From an uncultured Chryseobacterium sp. (GTDB taxonomy: Bacteria; Bacteroidota; Bacteroidia; Flavobacteriales_F; PHOS-HE28), in the NCBI GenBank assembly GCA_964517255.1, contig CAZFBP010000001.1, positions 1 to 36,363 of the forward strand: DNA of 36,363 nt. The letters run 5' to 3'. The first letter of the stretch is position 1. Each line of letters opens with the position of its first letter. The notes beneath the pieces are model-generated. The model had not been told where the DNA came from. It saw only the letters and a list, made by a program, of their open reading frames with translations, and did no database searches. Positions 32,720 through 36,363 of the stretch are shown here, piece after piece. Both the position numbers and the translations under genes were made by a program.

Positions 32720-33928
32720 TCAGGGCTGCTTCACCACACCTTGCGCGCGCCTGCCGCCGGGACCCTCCACTACAAGCGTGTAACAGCCCGGCGGCAGCGC
32801 GCCCGTGCGCAGCGTGCCACCGGCTGGCGCGCCGCTCCATCGCTCGCGCAGCACCATGCGTCCGGCCGCATCCAGGAGCAGAAGCTCGCTGCCGCCCGGT
32901 GGCACGGTCACGCGCAATTCATCAGTGAACGGCGACGGCCAGGCCAGCGCGTCCATTGGCGTGAACGCCTCGATCACGGAGACGGCCGCCACAGGGAACA
33001 CCTGGTCGCAGAACGTGCTCACGCAGGTATCGCTCAGCAGCGGTCCCCACACGCGCAGGGTGCCGCACAGGTCGAAGGCCTGGAAGCTCTGGTACGCATG
33101 CACCGCCACGGCGCCGACGGCCTGCGCGCCATCGCCGAAGTCCCAGTCCACGCGCGCGTTCATTCCAAAGACGTGCGAAGTATCCATCACGCCCACGAGG
33201 TTCTGGTACGCCAGCACCACGAAGCCCTGGTCCACGAGTTCATCGCAGGCAAGGCCGATGGGCCCCATGTAGAGCCATTGGCACACGGTGCTGGTGCAGT
33301 TCATCGGAGGTGGGCCCATCACCGTGAGGCAGATGGGGTGCGGCCCTGGCCCCGTGAACGTGTGCGTTGGGTTGATCGCCGCTACGCTGGCGCCGTCTCC
33401 GAAGTCCCAGAATGAGGTGATGATCTGCCCGCCGGGGAAACTCGAGAGGTCGGTGAAGGTGATGGTGCTGCCATCGATGCCCGCGATGGTGAAGTCGGCG
33501 GCGAGCATCGAGCAGGCCGCGTACTGGTACGGCGCGATGATCTTGCACACCACAGCGCTGCAAGGCTGCGCGGCGAGCAGGTCGTACGCGTCAACGGCGT
33601 AACACGCCGGGTACGGCTGCGGCGTGCTGTACGGGATGGTGGGCGCGCCATAGGCCTGCTGCCAGAGCTCCGCTCCATAATCGTAGAAGTGCCAGGTGGA
33701 CCCTGTGATCTGCGTGCTCCCCGGCTGAAGGGAGGGAGTGAATTGGCAGGCGTAATTGTCCAGGTAACCCACGGAGAAGTCCACGTGCAAGCTGGTGTCG
33801 CAGGTCTGCAGCAAGCCGCCGCCCTTCTGCTCCAGGATGCCGCTGAGCACTTGCGAGCGCACGGGCGTCAATGCTCCTGCGAGCGCTAGGGCGAGGAACG
33901 GGAGGCGATGAAGGACGCGGAAGGGCAT
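32720..33928 (-). CDS. Secreted PKD-domain protein with a T9SS C-terminal sorting domain
   Basis: A signal peptide is present (MPFRVLHRLPFLALALAGALTPVRSQ). A PKD block occurs (FTDLSSFPGGQIITSFWDFGDGASVAAINPTHTFTGPGPHPICLTV). The C-terminus (WPSPFTDELRV......LLLLDAAGRMV.......LPPGCYTLVV) is a type A Por sorting tail. Confidence 0.72.
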   Translation of the reverse strand: MPFRVLHRLPFLALALAGALTPVRSQVLSGILEQKGGGLLQTCDTSLHVDFSVGYLDNYACQFTPSLQPGSTQITGSTWHFYDYGAELWQQAYGAPTIPYSTPQPYPACYAVDAYDLLAAQPCSAVVCKIIAPYQYAACSMLAADFTIAGIDGSTITFTDLSSFPGGQIITSFWDFGDGASVAAINPTHTFTGPGPHPICLTVMGPPPMNCTSTVCQWLYMGPIGLACDELVDQGFVVLAYQNLVGVMDTSHVFGMNARVDWDFGDGAQAVGAVAVHAYQSFQAFDLCGTLRVWGPLLSDTCVSTFCDQVFPVAAVSVIEAFTPMDALAWPSPFTDELRVTVPPGGSELLLLDAAGRMVLRERWSGAPAGGTLRTGALPPGCYTLVVEGPGGRRAQGVVKQP

Positions 33929-33932
33929 GGTG

Positions 33933-35303
33933 CTAGAAGCGGTGTTGGATCAGGAGGCGCAGCCCGGCGCGGTCGGGCGATGCGGTGGCATCGGAAGAAG
34001 GTGCTGCCGTGGCAAGGGTTCGTGCATAGAAGGGCGTGGCCAGCAAGGTGAGGCGATCGCGGAGGGCGATGCCCAGGTCGATGCCGACTAGGCCGGAGAA
34101 AGCGACGGGGTAGCGGTGGCCGAGTTCCTCGTTGGTGAGCGTGCGCGCGCGGATCATGCCATCCGAAGGGTCCACGCCCAGGCTGGACGAGGAGCGCACC
34201 CGCGTGTACTCGGTGATCAGCCCGGCGCGCGGACCGGCGCTCCATCGGCCAAGGCGCAGGCTCCACGCCGCCTCCAAGGGGATCCGCACGCGCAGGCGCG
34301 TATCGGCTCCTTCGGCCACGGCCTCACGCTGTTCCTGCACATTCACCGTAACAAGGTCTGAGCTGAACACATGCGTGTTCAGCACCACCACTTGCTCCAC
34401 CGTCTCGGTGCGCGTCACGGTCGCACGCTCCACATTCCGGAACGTCTGCCGCGAGCGCTCCGCTTCCACGCCCACGCCAAGGCTCAATCCGCTCGGCCAG
34501 CGGCGGCCGGCTGAAAGGCCAGCGGCGAAGCCGGGATTCCAGCGAACGCTGCCCTCCAGCGCACGCGCGAGCTTCTCCGATTCGCCGTCCCAGCGGTAGC
34601 GGCCGCTTTGCGCGGTGACGCCGAAGGCCATCCACCAGTGGCCGCGCGGCGTGTAGTAATCATTCGTCCTGGCCGCGACGAGCGAGGCGCTCGGCTCATC
34701 GACCGTGATTCGAGCAACGTTGGGGCTGATCCACTCCGCACGCGCATCGGGCACGGGCGACGAGCTTGATCCAGGGGCGTCGTTCAGCGGTTGCTCAGCG
34801 GTTGTTCCGCCCGAGGCCGATGCGGGCGCATCCGTCGCGCTCGTAGCCGGCGAAAGGCTCACAATTGTTGCTGAGGAGGAAGGGCGCGCTGGAGCGTTTC
34901 GCGATCCGGTGGAGCCCCGCTCATTCGCGTTGGGCCGCGCCCCGCGAAATTCGCCCTTCGTGCCGCGCTGATCCGATTCGAGCTGCTCCGCGTCGGGCGC
35001 TACGCCGCTGGCGGCATCCTCCGATGCGCTCCTCTCAGTCTTCCTTTCCTCAGCCGCGGCATTCGCGCCGGGCCTCGCTCCCAGCCGCTCGGGTTCATTC
35101 GCTTGCCGATTCGCCACCCACGCGATCCCCGCGCCCGTGCCCAGCAGGAGCAGCAACAGCGCGAGCAATCGGCGCCGCCAGAGCAGCCGGTGCCGTGCGT
35201 GCGCCTGCGCCAGGATGGCCCGCCCCAATTCCGCCGGGGGCTCCACTGCGGCGCCGGTCAGCGCCTGGCGGAAGAGGTCATCGATGGGATGCTTGTCCGG
35301 CAT
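33933..35303 (-). CDS. Membrane-anchored protein with a low-complexity linker and a C-terminal OMP beta-barrel-like domain; partner of the upstream ECF sigma factor
   Basis: It starts 26 nt inside the end of the sigma gene. One TM/signal-anchor is present (LLALLLLLLGTGAGIAWV), followed by an Ala/Ser/Glu/Arg-rich linker. The C-terminal about 250 aa show alternating beta-strand patterns and end in a terminal Phe (LLIQHRF). Confidence 0.5.
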   Translation of the reverse strand: MPDKHPIDDLFRQALTGAAVEPPAELGRAILAQAHARHRLLWRRRLLALLLLLLGTGAGIAWVANRQANEPERLGARPGANAAAEERKTERSASEDAASGVAPDAEQLESDQRGTKGEFRGARPNANERGSTGSRNAPARPSSSATIVSLSPATSATDAPASASGGTTAEQPLNDAPGSSSSPVPDARAEWISPNVARITVDEPSASLVAARTNDYYTPRGHWWMAFGVTAQSGRYRWDGESEKLARALEGSVRWNPGFAAGLSAGRRWPSGLSLGVGVEAERSRQTFRNVERATVTRTETVEQVVVLNTHVFSSDLVTVNVQEQREAVAEGADTRLRVRIPLEAAWSLRLGRWSAGPRAGLITEYTRVRSSSSLGVDPSDGMIRARTLTNEELGHRYPVAFSGLVGIDLGIALRDRLTLLATPFYARTLATAAPSSDATASPDRAGLRLLIQHRF

Positions 35304-35844
35304 GGACGGGAGTGCTTGCGTGGTTGATCATGGACTGCAGCATGCGCCGCGCCTTGGCCAGCTGGCTGCGCGAGGTGCTCTCGCCGCAGCCCAGCAGGTT
35401 CGCGATCTCGGCATGGTCGTAACCCTCGATGGCGAAGAGGTTGAAGACCGTGCGGTAGCCCTCGGGGAGATTCGAGACCATGTTGAGCAGCTCTTCCGCG
35501 CCAAGGCGCTCCACGGCATTGGAGGGAACCGGTTCTTCGGGCATGCGTTCCAGGCCGAAGCGCTCCATCTGAAAGCTCTTGCGGCGGTAGTGGTTGATGG
35601 CAGTATGCACCATGATCCGGCGGATCCAACCTTCCAGAGACCCTTCCATGCGGAAGTCCTTCAGTTTATCGAACACACGGATGAATCCTTCCTGCATCAG
35701 GTCCTGTGCTTCGAGCTCGTGGCGCGCGTACCGAAGGCATACGGCGTACATCCGCCGCGCGTAACGGGCGTAAAGGGTCTCCTGGCAGCGAGGCTCGCCG
35801 CGCAGGCACCCGGTAACCAATTCGCGCTCGGTCAGTTCACGCAA
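35278..35844 (-). CDS. ECF-type RNA polymerase sigma-70 family factor
   Basis: Region 2 is DLMQEGFIRVFDKLKDF...GWIRRIMVHTAINHYRR. Region 4 is LPEGYRTVFNLFAIEGYDHAEIANLLGCGESTSRSQLAKARRML. There is no in-frame ATG before region 2. I place the start at the in-frame TTG at 35844 (LRELTERELV), so the start is uncertain. Confidence 0.75.
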   Translation of the reverse strand: MRELTERELVTGCLRGEPRCQETLYARYARRMYAVCLRYARHELEAQDLMQEGFIRVFDKLKDFRMEGSLEGWIRRIMVHTAINHYRRKSFQMERFGLERMPEEPVPSNAVERLGAEELLNMVSNLPEGYRTVFNLFAIEGYDHAEIANLLGCGESTSRSQLAKARRMLQSMINHASTPVHAGQASHR

Positions 35845-36091
35845 CCATGGGCCTTTCTTGGGCCAAGACAAGCGGCAGGATCGCGGCGCTGCCTGTGGCC
35901 TTCGGCAGTGGGAAGATAGGCGCGGCCGCCCCGAAGTTGCCCCAGCAGCAAACGACAGCCAACGCTTGTAATCGGCTGCAAGCGGGTACTGGCCGGATCC
36001 GTGAGGGGTGCCGGGGAAATGTTTGCGGCGTCGGTCGGCATCAGCACCGGACGGCGGAAACCGAAAGTCAAACACACAAACACCCAGTACC

Positions 36092-36363
36092 ATGAACACG
36101 CTGAAGAACAAAGTCCACCTCGTAGGCAACCTTGGCTTCGACCCGGAAGTGCGCGAGATCGCCAAGGGCCGTAAGGTGGCCCGCCTCTCTGTGGCCACCA
36201 ACGAGAGCTACAAGAACGCCAGCGGCGAGCGCATCACCGATACCCAGTGGCACACCGTGGTGGCCTGGGGCCAGACCGCCGAGATGGCCGAGCGCCTGCT
36301 CCGCAAGGGAACACCCGTGATGCTCGAAGGCCGCCTGGTGCACCGCAGCTACGAGGCCAAGGA
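36092..36363 (+). CDS. ssb: Second short SSB paralog, 3' end outside the window
   Basis: This gene is not in the ORF track because no stop is reached. My own translation from ATG 36092 is MNTLKNKVHLVGNLGFDPEVREIAKGRKVARLSVATNESYKNASGERITDTQWHTVVAWGQTAEMAERLLRKGTPVMLEGRLVHRSYEAK, which is clearly homologous to 32349..32717. Confidence 0.78.
   Translation, partial: MNTLKNKVHLVGNLGFDPEVREIAKGRKVARLSVATNESYKNASGERITDTQWHTVVAWGQTAEMAERLLRKGTPVMLEGRLVHRSYEAK

Noticed and set aside
35845-36201. Upstream 119 codons of the ECF sigma ORF (35278..36201)
   Set aside because: The sequence is Arg/Pro/Ser-rich and unlike any sigma region 1. Homologous ECF factors begin just before region 2, so I prefer the in-frame TTG at 35844. 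The true start remains unverified.
1-36363. Scan for tRNA/rRNA genes, CRISPR arrays, IS elements and integrases
   Set aside because: No intergenic region has tRNA-like conserved arms, no spaced direct repeats occur, and no translated ORF has transposase or recombinase motifs. I report none.

Overview
This is a GC-rich chromosomal segment with strong G/C third-position bias. It reads as a Bacteroidota genome: a T9SS C-terminal sorting domain, ileS-dksA/traR-lspA synteny, two exact TAnnTTTG -7 boxes, no obvious Shine-Dalgarno use, and many ATGA start/stop overlaps. I support about 34 CDS.

Layout:
- 1-8407, plus strand: an accessory block. It holds an FN3 protein tail, a coupled orphan + GNAT-like pair, a perfect 44-bp palindrome, and then a six-gene translationally coupled cluster. 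The cluster encodes a 2TM protein with a pYEATS-like C-terminal domain, a 3TM protein, a secreted HExxH (MA-clan/DUF1570-like) peptidase, an oversized M19-like dipeptidase, a leaderless Amidase_2-SH3b endolysin-like protein, and a 4TM protein with a beta-rich tail.
- 8532-15229, minus strand: a tetR-tolC-MFP-RND efflux operon.
- 15566-20598, minus strand: housekeeping lspA, dksA/traR-like and ileS.
- 20834-24702, minus strand: a NYN-LOTUS protein, an SGNH-like partner plus MBOAT O-acyltransferase, and a lipoprotein.
- 24775-26477, plus strand: marC-like, rnhA and ferritin.
- 26530-28017, minus strand: an M28 peptidase.
- 28046-31280, plus strand: a YfiR-like / TPR-like / HAMP-PP2C (SpoIIE) signalling triad.
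- 31285-32124, minus strand: a tandem Usp.
- 32349-36363: two short SSB paralogs flanking a T9SS PKD cargo protein and an ECF sigma + TM/beta-barrel pair.

I saw no rRNA, tRNA, CRISPR array, transposase or integrase.

The best candidate for an undescribed system is the 1723-8407 cluster, a membrane pYEATS-like protein with three peptide/peptidoglycan hydrolases. The second candidate is the YfiR-like module wired to a PP2C phosphatase.

All family calls come from motif recognition in the supplied translations. No database search was possible. The many long ORFs antisense to real genes are treated as high-GC artefacts.
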